Positions 40,441-49,415 of a DNA stretch of 64,000 nt are shown piece after piece. Position numbers and translations under genes: made by a program. Origin of the DNA: an uncultured Mycoplasmatota bacterium (GTDB lineage Bacteria; Bacillota_I; Bacilli_A; RF39; UBA660); the NCBI GenBank assembly GCA_946497925.1, contig CAMMMG010000001.1:6192-70191 (forward strand). Direction: 5' to 3'. A model generated the notes under the pieces. The model ran no database searches. It had not been told where the DNA came from and saw nothing but the letters and a program-made list of their open reading frames with translations. Positions within the stretch are counted from its first letter, which is position 1; each line of letters starts with the position of its first letter.

Positions 40441-40497
40441 TTGACAAACTCAATACTTAATGTTATAGTATTAGTAAATTGATGTAAAACTCATCAA
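40441..40497 (+). promoter_or_regulatory. sigma-A promoter plus palindromic operator
   Basis: TTGACA, a 17-nt spacer, then TATAGT. The perfect inverted repeat TTGATG-N7-CATCAA follows at 40479-40497, between the promoter and the RBS of the 40518 gene. Confidence 0.5.
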
Positions 40498-40517
40498 AGA
40501 AAGGAGGAAACATATGA

Positions 40518-40775
40518 ATGATTAAGAGTCAGCTTAGAGTAGTACAAGCGATTTGGAAGGATAAATCTATTCCAAAAGAAGCTAAGTACATTTATGCTTA
40601 TATTTATTCTAAAGGGTATAATAGATACTTTACAGATATAAATGTAGGCGAGATACAACAGACTGTTAGAATTACTAATAAGGGTTTGAGAAAAAATCTT
40701 GAAAAACTAGAACAGGGAAAATATCTAGTATATCAAGAGTATGATAACGGTATGTACACCGTAAAACTTAACTAA
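40518..40775 (+). CDS. small HTH-domain protein (85 aa)
   Basis: The pattern ...AKYIYAYIYSKG...INVGEIQQTVRITNKGLRKNLEKLEQGKYL is a winged-helix pattern shared with the 40901 and 43818 ORFs. Confidence 0.5.
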   Translation: MIKSQLRVVQAIWKDKSIPKEAKYIYAYIYSKGYNRYFTDINVGEIQQTVRITNKGLRKNLEKLEQGKYLVYQEYDNGMYTVKLN

Positions 40776-40900
40776 AGGGTCTAAAGACGTTAGTTAAGAG
40801 GTACAGTAAGATTAGAGGCTTATGTTAGTACCTTTTCTATAAGAGATATAGAATAAATAATAATGGTTAAAGAAAGTCCCTATATTAAGAAAGGGAAACT

Positions 40901-41386
40901 ATGCAATTAGATTGTACTTTTAGCATAACTCCAAGAATAGTATTAAGTGATAAGAACTTATCAAGTACAGAAAAATTACTTATGGGGCTTATCGTGTCAC
41001 TTGCCTTAAAAAATAACTATTGTTTTGCTAGTAATAAGTATTTTGCAGATAACCTAAATATATCAGTTAGAACAGTAACTCTTGCTTTATCTAAATTGAA
41101 ATTAGAGGAGTATATATTTGTTAGAACTGATAATGGAAGAAGAAAAATATATCTAAATAAGGAAAAGATACCAACAAAAACTTCTAATAGAGTAGCAGAA
41201 ACTTACGATGTATCTATAGAAAGTAATTGCTATCATAAAATAAATAATAATTATAAGAAAAATAATAATAAATATAAAAATAAAGAAATTATTCCTGTTT
41301 GGTTAGAACAGAAAGAAATGTGTAATAGTCTTAGTGCAACTAAAGAGGAAATAGAAGAAATGAATGAACTATTAAAAGATTTATAG
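40901..41386 (+). CDS. HTH-domain protein (161 aa) of ICE/IME type, paralog family of 43818
   Basis: LSSTEKLLMGLIVSLALKNNYCFASNKYFADNLNISVRTVTLALSKLKLEEYI is the same architecture as the 43818 ORF (LSLKAKGLLSIMLSLPDSWNYSTLGLASICIESRDTIRKILNELKANRYL). Confidence 0.55.
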   Translation: MQLDCTFSITPRIVLSDKNLSSTEKLLMGLIVSLALKNNYCFASNKYFADNLNISVRTVTLALSKLKLEEYIFVRTDNGRRKIYLNKEKIPTKTSNRVAETYDVSIESNCYHKINNNYKKNNNKYKNKEIIPVWLEQKEMCNSLSATKEEIEEMNELLKDL

Positions 41387-41448
41387 AAAGAGAGATGATT
41401 TAATGAGGAGGAATATTTTATAACTAATAATAAAAGGGGGTTAGATAA

Positions 41449-41592
41449 ATGGAGGTAAAATATAATATAAAATATAGGTTTAAATGTGATGCTAAAACGA
41501 ATGAAGAATTAAAAGATATATTTAATAAAAAATGGTTAAATATTATACTTATTTTAGAAAACAATAATACTTCTAGTTTAAATAGAGTTTAA
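41449..41592 (+). CDS. small ORF (47 aa) immediately upstream of the recombinase; candidate excisionase/RDF
   Basis: Strong RBS AAGGGGGT precedes the ATG. The product is MEVKYNIKYRFKCDAKTNEELKDIFNKKWLNIILILENNNTSSLNRV. It is not in the track because it is shorter than 60 aa. Confidence 0.3.
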   Translation: MEVKYNIKYRFKCDAKTNEELKDIFNKKWLNIILILENNNTSSLNRV

Positions 41593-41655
41593 AATGAGTT
41601 ATAATGTGTTTGTATTTAAAAGTGTTTGTAGTCATTCTTTAAAGAAATTGGAGGA

Positions 41656-43251
41656 ATGGCTATGATAGAAAAGGTAGGTGTATATTGTAGATTATCTGAT
41701 GAAGATAGGTTTAAAGCTAATAAGAATGATGATAGTGATAGCATTGTAAATCAAAAGAGTATGTGTATTAAATATGCTCTTAAGCAAGGCTGGGATGTTG
41801 TAGATATTTATTCTGATGATGATTTCTCTGGGGCAGGTACTTATAGACCTGAATTTGAAAGATTAATTAAAGATTGTGAAAGTGGTAGAATTAATTTAGT
41901 TTTATGTAAAACACAATCTAGGTTTTCAAGAGACATGGAGATAATAGAAAAATACTTACATAATAAGTTCATCGAATGGAATGTTAGATTTGTTAGTATT
42001 GTAGATAATGCTGATACTAATATTGAATCTAATAAGAAATCAAGACAAATTAATGGACTAATAAATGAGTGGTATTTGGATGACTTATCACAGAACATTA
42101 AGAAATCATTAAAGAATAAAAGAGAAGATGGCTTATTTATGGGTAGCTTTGCTCCTTATGGTTATATGAGAAGTAGTGAAGATAAACATAAGTTAGTTAT
42201 TGATCCTGTTGCTAGTAAAGTTGTAAAAGATATTTTTAAAATGTATGAGAATGGTTATGGATATTATAAGATAAGCGAATATTTAAATAATGCTAACGTC
42301 TTAACACCAGCTTTATATAAAAAGCAAAATGGTAGTAAGTATGTATCTGGGACTTGTGATTATGATAATGTACGTTGGACTAGTGATACAATTGCAAAAA
42401 TTCTTAGGAATGAAGTTTATATTGGCAATTTAGTACAAGGTAAAAAAACATCTTTAGGGTATAAAGTTCATAAGTTTAAAACTGTACCTAAAAAGGATTG
42501 GTGTCTAATTGAAAATGCTCATGAGGCTATTATTTCTAAAGATACTTGGGAAAAGGTCCAGAAAAGACTTGCTAGTCATGAATGTCCTGTTAAATCAGGA
42601 GAAATACATTTCTTAAGTAAAAAAGTGTATTGTCTTAATTGTAAAAAGGTATTTATGAGAAATGTTTATAATGTAAAGGATGGTAAAAGAGCATATTTAC
42701 AATGTAAGGGTGTTAGAAGATTACATAATTGTTGTAATAATAAAGCGATAAGGTTAGATGAGTTAGAAGAAGTCTTATTAAATGCTATTAATGATTTACT
42801 AGATAACTATTATGATAAAGAAAAGCTAGAAAATGAATATAACATCAGAGAATCTAAAAATACAAATGATGAAGGAATTCAGATACTAGAACAAGAAAAG
42901 GTTTTACTTAATAAGAAAATAGAAGAAGAGAAAATATATTATAGAAAACTTTATGAAGATAAGGCTAATCTTGTAATAACTGAAGATATGTTTAAGATGT
43001 TATCAAGTGATTATACTAAAGAAATAGAAGAAATGAATAGAAGAGTTTCTATAATAGATGAAGAAATAGAATCTTTAAAGAAAATAACTGAAAATAAGAA
43101 ACAAGCAAAAGATATTTTAAAGAAATATAAGCATATAAGTAAGTTAAATAAAGTAATAGTAGATGAATTTATTGATAAAGTTTATATAGGAGTTTATGAT
43201 AAAGAAACGAAATCAAGAGATATTGAAATAGAATGGAACTTTGAATTTTAG
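41656..43251 (+). CDS. large serine recombinase (element 1 integrase)
   Basis: The N-terminal resolvase domain VGVYCRLSDEDR contains the catalytic Ser. A recombinase domain and zinc-ribbon follow (CLNCKKV...LQCKG), then a coiled-coil C-terminus. The stop lies 40 nt before attR. Confidence 0.9.
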   Translation: MAMIEKVGVYCRLSDEDRFKANKNDDSDSIVNQKSMCIKYALKQGWDVVDIYSDDDFSGAGTYRPEFERLIKDCESGRINLVLCKTQSRFSRDMEIIEKYLHNKFIEWNVRFVSIVDNADTNIESNKKSRQINGLINEWYLDDLSQNIKKSLKNKREDGLFMGSFAPYGYMRSSEDKHKLVIDPVASKVVKDIFKMYENGYGYYKISEYLNNANVLTPALYKKQNGSKYVSGTCDYDNVRWTSDTIAKILRNEVYIGNLVQGKKTSLGYKVHKFKTVPKKDWCLIENAHEAIISKDTWEKVQKRLASHECPVKSGEIHFLSKKVYCLNCKKVFMRNVYNVKDGKRAYLQCKGVRRLHNCCNNKAIRLDELEEVLLNAINDLLDNYYDKEKLENEYNIRESKNTNDEGIQILEQEKVLLNKKIEEEKIYYRKLYEDKANLVITEDMFKMLSSDYTKEIEEMNRRVSIIDEEIESLKKITENKKQAKDILKKYKHISKLNKVIVDEFIDKVYIGVYDKETKSRDIEIEWNFEF

Positions 43252-43293
43252 AATAATATTTAATATTTGGGACTTTCTGCTTCCTTCACATGG

Positions 43294-43561
43294 TGGTGCT
43301 GATCCTGGTGCTGTTAGTGGTGGTTTACAAGAGAAAGACTTTACATTAGATGCATCTTTATATATGTATGAAAGGTTACAACAGTTAGGTATACCTGCTG
43401 TTTTAACAAGAGATTCTGATGAAAACTTAAGTAGAACGGAAAGACTTAGACGGGCTAATGAAGCTTTTGGTGGTAGTAGTAATGCTATACTTATATCAAA
43501 TCATATAAATGCTGGAGGACAGGACGCGTATTATGTGGTTAATTCTAGGCATAGTGTATAA
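43294..43561 (+). pseudogene. middle fragment of the interrupted Amidase_3 gene
   Basis: In frame: GGADPGAVSGGLQEKDFTLDASLYMYERLQQLGIPAVLTRDSDENLSRTERLRRANEAFGGSSNAILISNHINAGG, the central Amidase_3 block. The bacterial sequence ends at 43518 and the frame continues into element 2 to a stop at 43561. Confidence 0.85.
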
Positions 43562-43640
43562 CTTTAATAAGCTTCTTATTTTACTGGATATGATGGTATA
43601 ATAGATATATCAAATTACTTTAAAGGTGAGAGGTGAAAAA

Positions 43641-43703
43641 ATGTTATATATAACTGGTGATACTCATGGTGACTTTTACAGATTTTGTCATTTATGGATT
43701 TAA
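43641..43703 (+). pseudogene. remnant of a metallophosphoesterase gene (first 20 codons only)
   Basis: MLYITGDTHGDFYRFCHLWI then a stop. ITGDTHGD is the MPE motif I. No continuation in any frame. Confidence 0.5.
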
Positions 43704-43817
43704 TGATGTTAATTATAAACCTAATTGTCCTAAAGAATTATAAAAAGTTTAGTAGTTGCAGAGAGTCTGTTTTAAAGATAGGCTCTTTTATTATGGAAAA
43801 AGAAAGGATATGAGAAT

Positions 43818-44114
43818 ATGAAAATAAAAACAAATAGAGAAGAAGGATATATAGTTATGGGTAATTATCATTTAAAAGATAGAAAATTAAGCTTAAAAGC
43901 AAAGGGATTATTGTCAATAATGTTATCTTTACCAGATAGTTGGAATTATTCAACATTAGGGTTAGCCAGTATTTGTATTGAAAGCAGAGATACTATACGA
44001 AAAATATTGAATGAATTGAAAGCAAATAGATATTTAAAAATTATTGAAAATAGAGATAAAAATGGTAGATTTAATTGTGACTATATAATTTATGAAAAAC
44101 CATACGAAAATTAA
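43818..44114 (+). CDS. small HTH-domain protein (98 aa), same family as 40901
   Basis: See the 40901 ORF. Confidence 0.55.
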   Translation: MKIKTNREEGYIVMGNYHLKDRKLSLKAKGLLSIMLSLPDSWNYSTLGLASICIESRDTIRKILNELKANRYLKIIENRDKNGRFNCDYIIYEKPYEN

Positions 44115-44341
44115 TCCAGGTGATTATTACGGGTATATGGATTTCCGTATATGGTTTTTAAAACATAATAAATTATTTAAAATAATTATTAAAACAAATA
44201 GATAAAGTCGATAAAGAAAAAACTCAATAAAATTAGGGATTCAATTTATGTCGAATCATAGTAAATAATAAAGATTTATTGTATAATATTTATATAAGAA
44301 ATTTTAAGTATTACTTTATATAATTAGGAGGTGATCATGTA

Positions 44342-45313
44342 ATGTTTAATGAACTAGTTGATATTAAAGAAGAGAATTTATTACAGGCAAACAATGAAAT
44401 TTTATCTACTTTGCTTTTTGATAATACTACAAAAAAAAATATTATATGGGCTTCTGATAATTATGAAGGATATGGAGATGGATTTAGCTTTTCTCAAGAA
44501 ATAACAATTGATAAAATTACAGGTAAATATGATGGTGTAATAAAACCTCGTTCAAGAAAAACATCAAATGAGAAGTTGAAAAGAATTAAGGACAATGGAG
44601 AAGTTTTTACTCCATCATGGATATGTAATGAACAAAACAATCTAGTAGATGATGCGTGGTTTGGTAAAAAAAATGTATTTAATGTATCAGAACAAAAAAA
44701 ATGGATAGCTAACGAGTCAAAAATTGAATTTACAAAAGATAAAACATGGCAAGATTATGTAAAAAGTTTAAGATTAGAAATTTCTTGTGGAGAGGCTCCT
44801 TATCTCGTAAGTAGGTATGATACTGTTACGGGAAAAAGTATTAAAATCAGTGATAGAATTGGTTTATTAGATAGAAAATTGAGAGTGTTATCTGAAAATG
44901 TAGATTTAGAAAATGAATGGATAGATTGGTCAATTGTTGCTGTAAAAAGTATATATGGATATGATTTACAAGGCGATAATATTTTACTTGCAAGAGAAAA
45001 TATTTTATATACTTATATAGATTATTACAAAGATAAATTTAATAAAAAACCATCTCTTGATTTAATTAAGGAAATAGCCAAAATTATTAGTTGGAATATT
45101 TGGCAAATGGATGGTTTAAAATTCGTAATACCTAGAAGTTGTAAAAATGAAATAATTAAAGAATATACATTGTTCGGAGATATTGAAACAAAAACAGAAT
45201 GTACTGGGTGCAAAACGAACAATTATAAAGATCATAATGGCATTTACTGTAAAATAATGAATTGGGAAAAAAATAAAACCGTTAAATTTTATACATTAGT
45301 AAACAAAAAGTGA
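44342..45313 (+). CDS. methyltransferase-like protein carrying only the N-terminal gamma-class MTase motifs (X and a glycine-poor motif I); no catalytic motif IV
   Basis: GEVFTPSWICNEQNNLV fits the FTP motif X of Eco57I/PglX-type N6-MTases. RLEISCGEAPYLV aligns to motif I (LEPSCGxGxFL) with two of its three glycines replaced. No (N/D)PP(Y/F) is present. Confidence 0.5.
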   Translation: MFNELVDIKEENLLQANNEILSTLLFDNTTKKNIIWASDNYEGYGDGFSFSQEITIDKITGKYDGVIKPRSRKTSNEKLKRIKDNGEVFTPSWICNEQNNLVDDAWFGKKNVFNVSEQKKWIANESKIEFTKDKTWQDYVKSLRLEISCGEAPYLVSRYDTVTGKSIKISDRIGLLDRKLRVLSENVDLENEWIDWSIVAVKSIYGYDLQGDNILLARENILYTYIDYYKDKFNKKPSLDLIKEIAKIISWNIWQMDGLKFVIPRSCKNEIIKEYTLFGDIETKTECTGCKTNNYKDHNGIYCKIMNWEKNKTVKFYTLVNKK

Positions 45314-45323
45314 GGTGAGATAG

Positions 45324-48300
45324 ATGGAGAATAAAGAATTATTAGATAAAATAATTGTTGGAAGAGTAGAACCACATATTTATGCTTTTACAACAAATAC
45401 AATACCTAATTATTTGAAAGTAGGAGATACTTATAGACCTGTATCAGTAAGACTTAATGAATGGAAAGAAGTGTATCCTGAATTAAAAAAAGAGTATGAA
45501 AAGAAAGCGATGGTTGACGAAAATATTTTCTTTAGAGATTATGCAGTTCATCATTATTTAGAAAATGATTTAAATAAAGAGCGAATAAATCCTAATGACT
45601 TTTCTAATATATATGTTTCAAATGAATTTTTTAAGGAAACTTCTGTTATAGATGTGGAATCTGCGATAGAAGATATTCAAAAAAGTTATGAAGAAAACTT
45701 GATGAAGTATCAATATTACAATGCAAATAGTAGATTAAGAACAATCGAAAGATATGTTTCAACAGGCTATTGGAAACCAAGACCAAATCAACAAACTGTT
45801 ATTGATAAATTTGTAGAGGCATATAAAAAAGGTAGAAATAATTTGTTAATGTACGCTATTATGCGTTTTGGAAAGAGTTTTACATCAATGTGTTGTGCAT
45901 TAGAGATGGATGCAAATATAGTTGTCATCGTGTCGGCAAAAGCAGATGTTAAAGAAGAATGGAAAAAAACGGTTGAAAGTGCAGAAAATTTTAATGAATA
46001 TGATTTTTTAACAAGTGAAGATTTACTTGATGAAAATATAATTAAAAATAAAAGAAGAGAAAATAGAAGATTAGCAATATTTTTAACTCTTCAGGATTTA
46101 CAGGGGACTGAAATAAAAGAAAAACATAAAGAATTATTCAATAATCAGATAGATTTATTATTAATTGATGAAACTCATTTTGGTGTAAGAGCCGACAAAT
46201 ATGGTGCTGTGCTTAGAGCTGGATTCAAAGATGTTAATGAGACTAGGGAAGATGGATTTGTTGATTTTGAGGATGCTAATAATCAAGTAAAGGCTTTGAA
46301 TTCAAAAATAAGAATTCATTTATCTGGAACACCATATAGAATTCTAATGGGAAGTGAATTTTCACATGATGATATTATAGCATTTTGCCAATTTTCTGAC
46401 ATTGTAAGCGAGCAAGAGAAGTGGGATAATGAACACTTTAAAGATATCGAAAATGGTGTAATAAACGATGAAACGGGTAAACCTTATGAAGAGTGGGATA
46501 ATCCATATTTTGGATTTCCACAAATGATAAGATTTGCTTTTAATCCAAATGAATCTGTAAGGAGAAGGCTAGAAAAATTGAAAAATAATGGAAACTTTTA
46601 TGCATTTTCCGAGTTGCTTAGAACGAATTCAATTAGACAAAATTCAAATGGTGAACATAAAAAATTTATTTATGAAAGTGAAGTGTTAGATTTATTAGAA
46701 GTTATTGATGGTACTAAGGATGATGTAAATGTATTAGGTTTTTTGGATTATGATAAAATTAAAGAAGGGAAAATGTGTCGCCATATCGTAATGGTATTAC
46801 CTTATCGTGCTTCATGTGATGCTTTAGAAGAATTAATAAAAAATAATAGTGATAAATTTAAAAATTTAAATGAATATGAGATTATAAATATATCAGGTGT
46901 TGATAAGCCTAATTTATATAAAAATGTTAAAGATATAAAAAATAAAATTAAAGATTATGAAAAGGAAAATAAGAAAACCTTAACATTAACAGTCAATAGA
47001 ATGCTTACTGGTAGTACTGTGGAAGAATGGGACACGATGATATATTTAAAGGATACATCATCTCCACAAGAATATGATCAAGCAATTTTCAGGTTGCAGA
47101 ATCAATATGTCAAAGATTATTTATCTAGTAATGGGGATTTAATTAAATATAATAAGAAGCCGCAAACATTATTAGTTGATTTTGATCCAAATAGAATGTT
47201 TATAATGCAAGAAACAAAAGCTATGATATATAACGCAAATGTTGATAAATCTGGAAATAGTAAATTAGAAGAAAGAATTAGAAATGAGTTAAATATATCT
47301 CCAATAATTGTATTAAATAAAAACAAGATTCAGAAAATACAAGCCATTGATATTATGAATGCAATAAGTAACTATTCTAAAGACAGGGGAGTTTTTGAAG
47401 AAGCTGGTGATATCCCAGTGGATTTATCTCTTATTGCTGTTCCAGAAATATTTGAAGTTATTTCAAAACAAGGAGAATTTGGAACAAGACAAGGATTTAG
47501 AGTTAATAATACAGATACTGATAGTGATGATAATGATTCTTTTGACTTTGGAGAATTAAGCGAGACTTTATTTGATTATCCACAAGATACCGAGATTGAA
47601 AGTCAAACAGGAACGTCAAGCAATCAAAAAGAGAAGAATGATATAAAAAGTAATTTAACAAAACAATTTAGAACTTATTATGCTAGAATTTTGTTCTTTG
47701 CAATATTAACAAAAGATTCCGTATCGTCATTAGAAGATATAATTAATGTAATTAACCAAGGAGAAAATAAAAGAATTGCAAATCATTTAGGATTGAGCAA
47801 AGAAGTTTTGTTTTTGATTAATAAAGAGATAGATATATTCATTTTAAGACAGCTTGATTATAAGATTCAAAATATAAATAGTTTATCAAATGATGATTCA
47901 CTATCTGAGATTGAAAGAGCTACTATTGCTATTAATAAATTTGATAAACTATCTGACTCTGAAGTTATAACTCCACAAAATGTATGTAGAGATATGCTAG
48001 AAATGATAGGAAAAGATAAGATTGTTGATATTATTAATAATAAAGGTAATATTTTAGATATTGCAAGCAAAGAAGCAGAATTTATGTTATCATTAGTTAA
48101 TATTTTAAAAGAAAATAATGTTTCCAATGAAAGATATAAAAATAATCTATATTCAATTCCAACTTCAGGTGTTGCTTATGAATTTACCAGAAAGATATAC
48201 GAAATATTAGGATTAAATATAAGCAATATTTCCGAAAAATTTGATTCTTATGATTTATTAAATGTTAAAACAGATGATAATATAGATTATGAAAAAATTG

Positions 48301-49415
48301 TTAATTATATAACGCAAACACAAACGTTTTCAGATATAGAATTAGATGATAATTTATTTAGTAATATGAAAGGAGATGAAAGAATGCACTTTGATATTGT
48401 TGTTGGTAATCCTCCATATCAAGAAGCTGATGGTGGTGCAGGAGCGAGTGCTAGACCTATATACAATTATTTTGTAAATCTTTCTAAAAAATTAGATCCT
48501 AAATTTGTTTCACTAATTATACCTTCTCGTTGGTATGTTGGCGGGAAAGGATTAGATGAGTTTAGAAAAGATATGGTCAATGATATACATATAAAGGAAT
48601 TACATGATTGCTTAACACCCGATGATATTTTTCCAAATACTAATAATCGTGGTGGAATTTGCTATTGGTTATGGGACAAAAGTTATAATAATAAAGAAAA
48701 TTCTGTTAAAGTAATAACCCATTCCAATAATAAAGTAGTAGATGAAATGATTAGACCTTTGAAATTGTATGATGAAGATATATTTATTAGAGATAGCAGA
48801 GCAAAGACTATTTTAGATAAAATTGTAACAAAAGATTTTAAATCCTTTAGTGAGATAGTATCGTCAAGAAAACCGTTTGGACTTGATGGAAATTTTGCCA
48901 GAAGTAACAAAATAACAAATGAAAAAACAAAAGAAAATACTGTTATTTGCTATATTAAGGGTAAGAAAAAAGTATTTGTTAATTTAAAATCAATTTTATG
49001 TCATGGTGATTGGGTTGATAGTTGGAAAGTATTTATTCCTAGAGCAAATAATATTGGTACTGAATTAAATGATGATAATATGAATTCTTTTGTTGGTGAA
49101 CCAAATACAATATGTACTGAATCATATTTAGTTGTTGGAGCAGATTTATCATTAAATCAGGAAACATCTAAAAATTTAGCTAAATACTTGCAAACAAAAT
49201 TCTTGAGATATTTACATAGTTTATTAAAAAGTAGTCAAGATGCTACTTCTAAAACTTTTAGTTATGTACCAATAGAAGATTTTGGTGAAAATTCAAGCAT
49301 TGATTGGTCGAAATCAGTTTCTGAAATAGATATGCAATTATATGAAAAATACAGTCTTGAAAAAGAAGAAATAAATCATATTGAAGAAAAAATTAAGCCA
49401 ATGGAGCAATTATGA
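45324..49415 (+). CDS. 1363-aa multidomain protein: N-terminal T5orf172/GIY-YIG-like domain, SF2 (Res/SNF2-like) helicase, and C-terminal N6-adenine DNA methyltransferase-like domain plus a possible target-recognition region
   Basis: The N-terminus GRVEPHIYAFTTNTIPNYLKVGDTYRPVSVRLNEW resembles the T5orf172 module. Helicase motifs are RPNQQTVI (Q), AIMRFGKSFT (I), LLLIDETHFG (II, DExH), LSGTPYR (III), and V/VI-like LTGSTV and QAIFRLQN. The MTase has motif IV FDIVVGNPPYQEADGG preceded by a degenerate motif I, ILDIASKEAEF. Confidence 0.75.
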   Translation: MENKELLDKIIVGRVEPHIYAFTTNTIPNYLKVGDTYRPVSVRLNEWKEVYPELKKEYEKKAMVDENIFFRDYAVHHYLENDLNKERINPNDFSNIYVSNEFFKETSVIDVESAIEDIQKSYEENLMKYQYYNANSRLRTIERYVSTGYWKPRPNQQTVIDKFVEAYKKGRNNLLMYAIMRFGKSFTSMCCALEMDANIVVIVSAKADVKEEWKKTVESAENFNEYDFLTSEDLLDENIIKNKRRENRRLAIFLTLQDLQGTEIKEKHKELFNNQIDLLLIDETHFGVRADKYGAVLRAGFKDVNETREDGFVDFEDANNQVKALNSKIRIHLSGTPYRILMGSEFSHDDIIAFCQFSDIVSEQEKWDNEHFKDIENGVINDETGKPYEEWDNPYFGFPQMIRFAFNPNESVRRRLEKLKNNGNFYAFSELLRTNSIRQNSNGEHKKFIYESEVLDLLEVIDGTKDDVNVLGFLDYDKIKEGKMCRHIVMVLPYRASCDALEELIKNNSDKFKNLNEYEIINISGVDKPNLYKNVKDIKNKIKDYEKENKKTLTLTVNRMLTGSTVEEWDTMIYLKDTSSPQEYDQAIFRLQNQYVKDYLSSNGDLIKYNKKPQTLLVDFDPNRMFIMQETKAMIYNANVDKSGNSKLEERIRNELNISPIIVLNKNKIQKIQAIDIMNAISNYSKDRGVFEEAGDIPVDLSLIAVPEIFEVISKQGEFGTRQGFRVNNTDTDSDDNDSFDFGELSETLFDYPQDTEIESQTGTSSNQKEKNDIKSNLTKQFRTYYARILFFAILTKDSVSSLEDIINVINQGENKRIANHLGLSKEVLFLINKEIDIFILRQLDYKIQNINSLSNDDSLSEIERATIAINKFDKLSDSEVITPQNVCRDMLEMIGKDKIVDIINNKGNILDIASKEAEFMLSLVNILKENNVSNERYKNNLYSIPTSGVAYEFTRKIYEILGLNISNISEKFDSYDLLNVKTDDNIDYEKIVNYITQTQTFSDIELDDNLFSNMKGDERMHFDIVVGNPPYQEADGGAGASARPIYNYFVNLSKKLDPKFVSLIIPSRWYVGGKGLDEFRKDMVNDIHIKELHDCLTPDDIFPNTNNRGGICYWLWDKSYNNKENSVKVITHSNNKVVDEMIRPLKLYDEDIFIRDSRAKTILDKIVTKDFKSFSEIVSSRKPFGLDGNFARSNKITNEKTKENTVICYIKGKKKVFVNLKSILCHGDWVDSWKVFIPRANNIGTELNDDNMNSFVGEPNTICTESYLVVGADLSLNQETSKNLAKYLQTKFLRYLHSLLKSSQDATSKTFSYVPIEDFGENSSIDWSKSVSEIDMQLYEKYSLEKEEINHIEEKIKPMEQL

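Larger units (their letters stand above)
29264..43293 (+). mobile_element. integrative mobilisable element 1 (~14.0 kb), integrated in the amidase gene by a large serine recombinase; carries a MobV relaxase and a cargo operon
   Basis: Joining 29263 to 43294 restores the amidase reading frame (CAT GG|T GGT GCT GAT CCT gives HGGADP). Imperfect inverted-repeat arms flank the CATGG core at the two ends (GGGACTTTCTGCTTCCT...CATGG...AGGAATGGGAGTATCCC). The recombinase gene abuts the right end. Confidence 0.8.

Noticed and set aside
43241-43561. Track ORF of 106 aa as an independent gene
   Set aside because: Its N-terminal 16 residues are read-through of the recombinase 3' end and element DNA. Only 43294-43518 is genuine coding sequence, the middle piece of the interrupted amidase.
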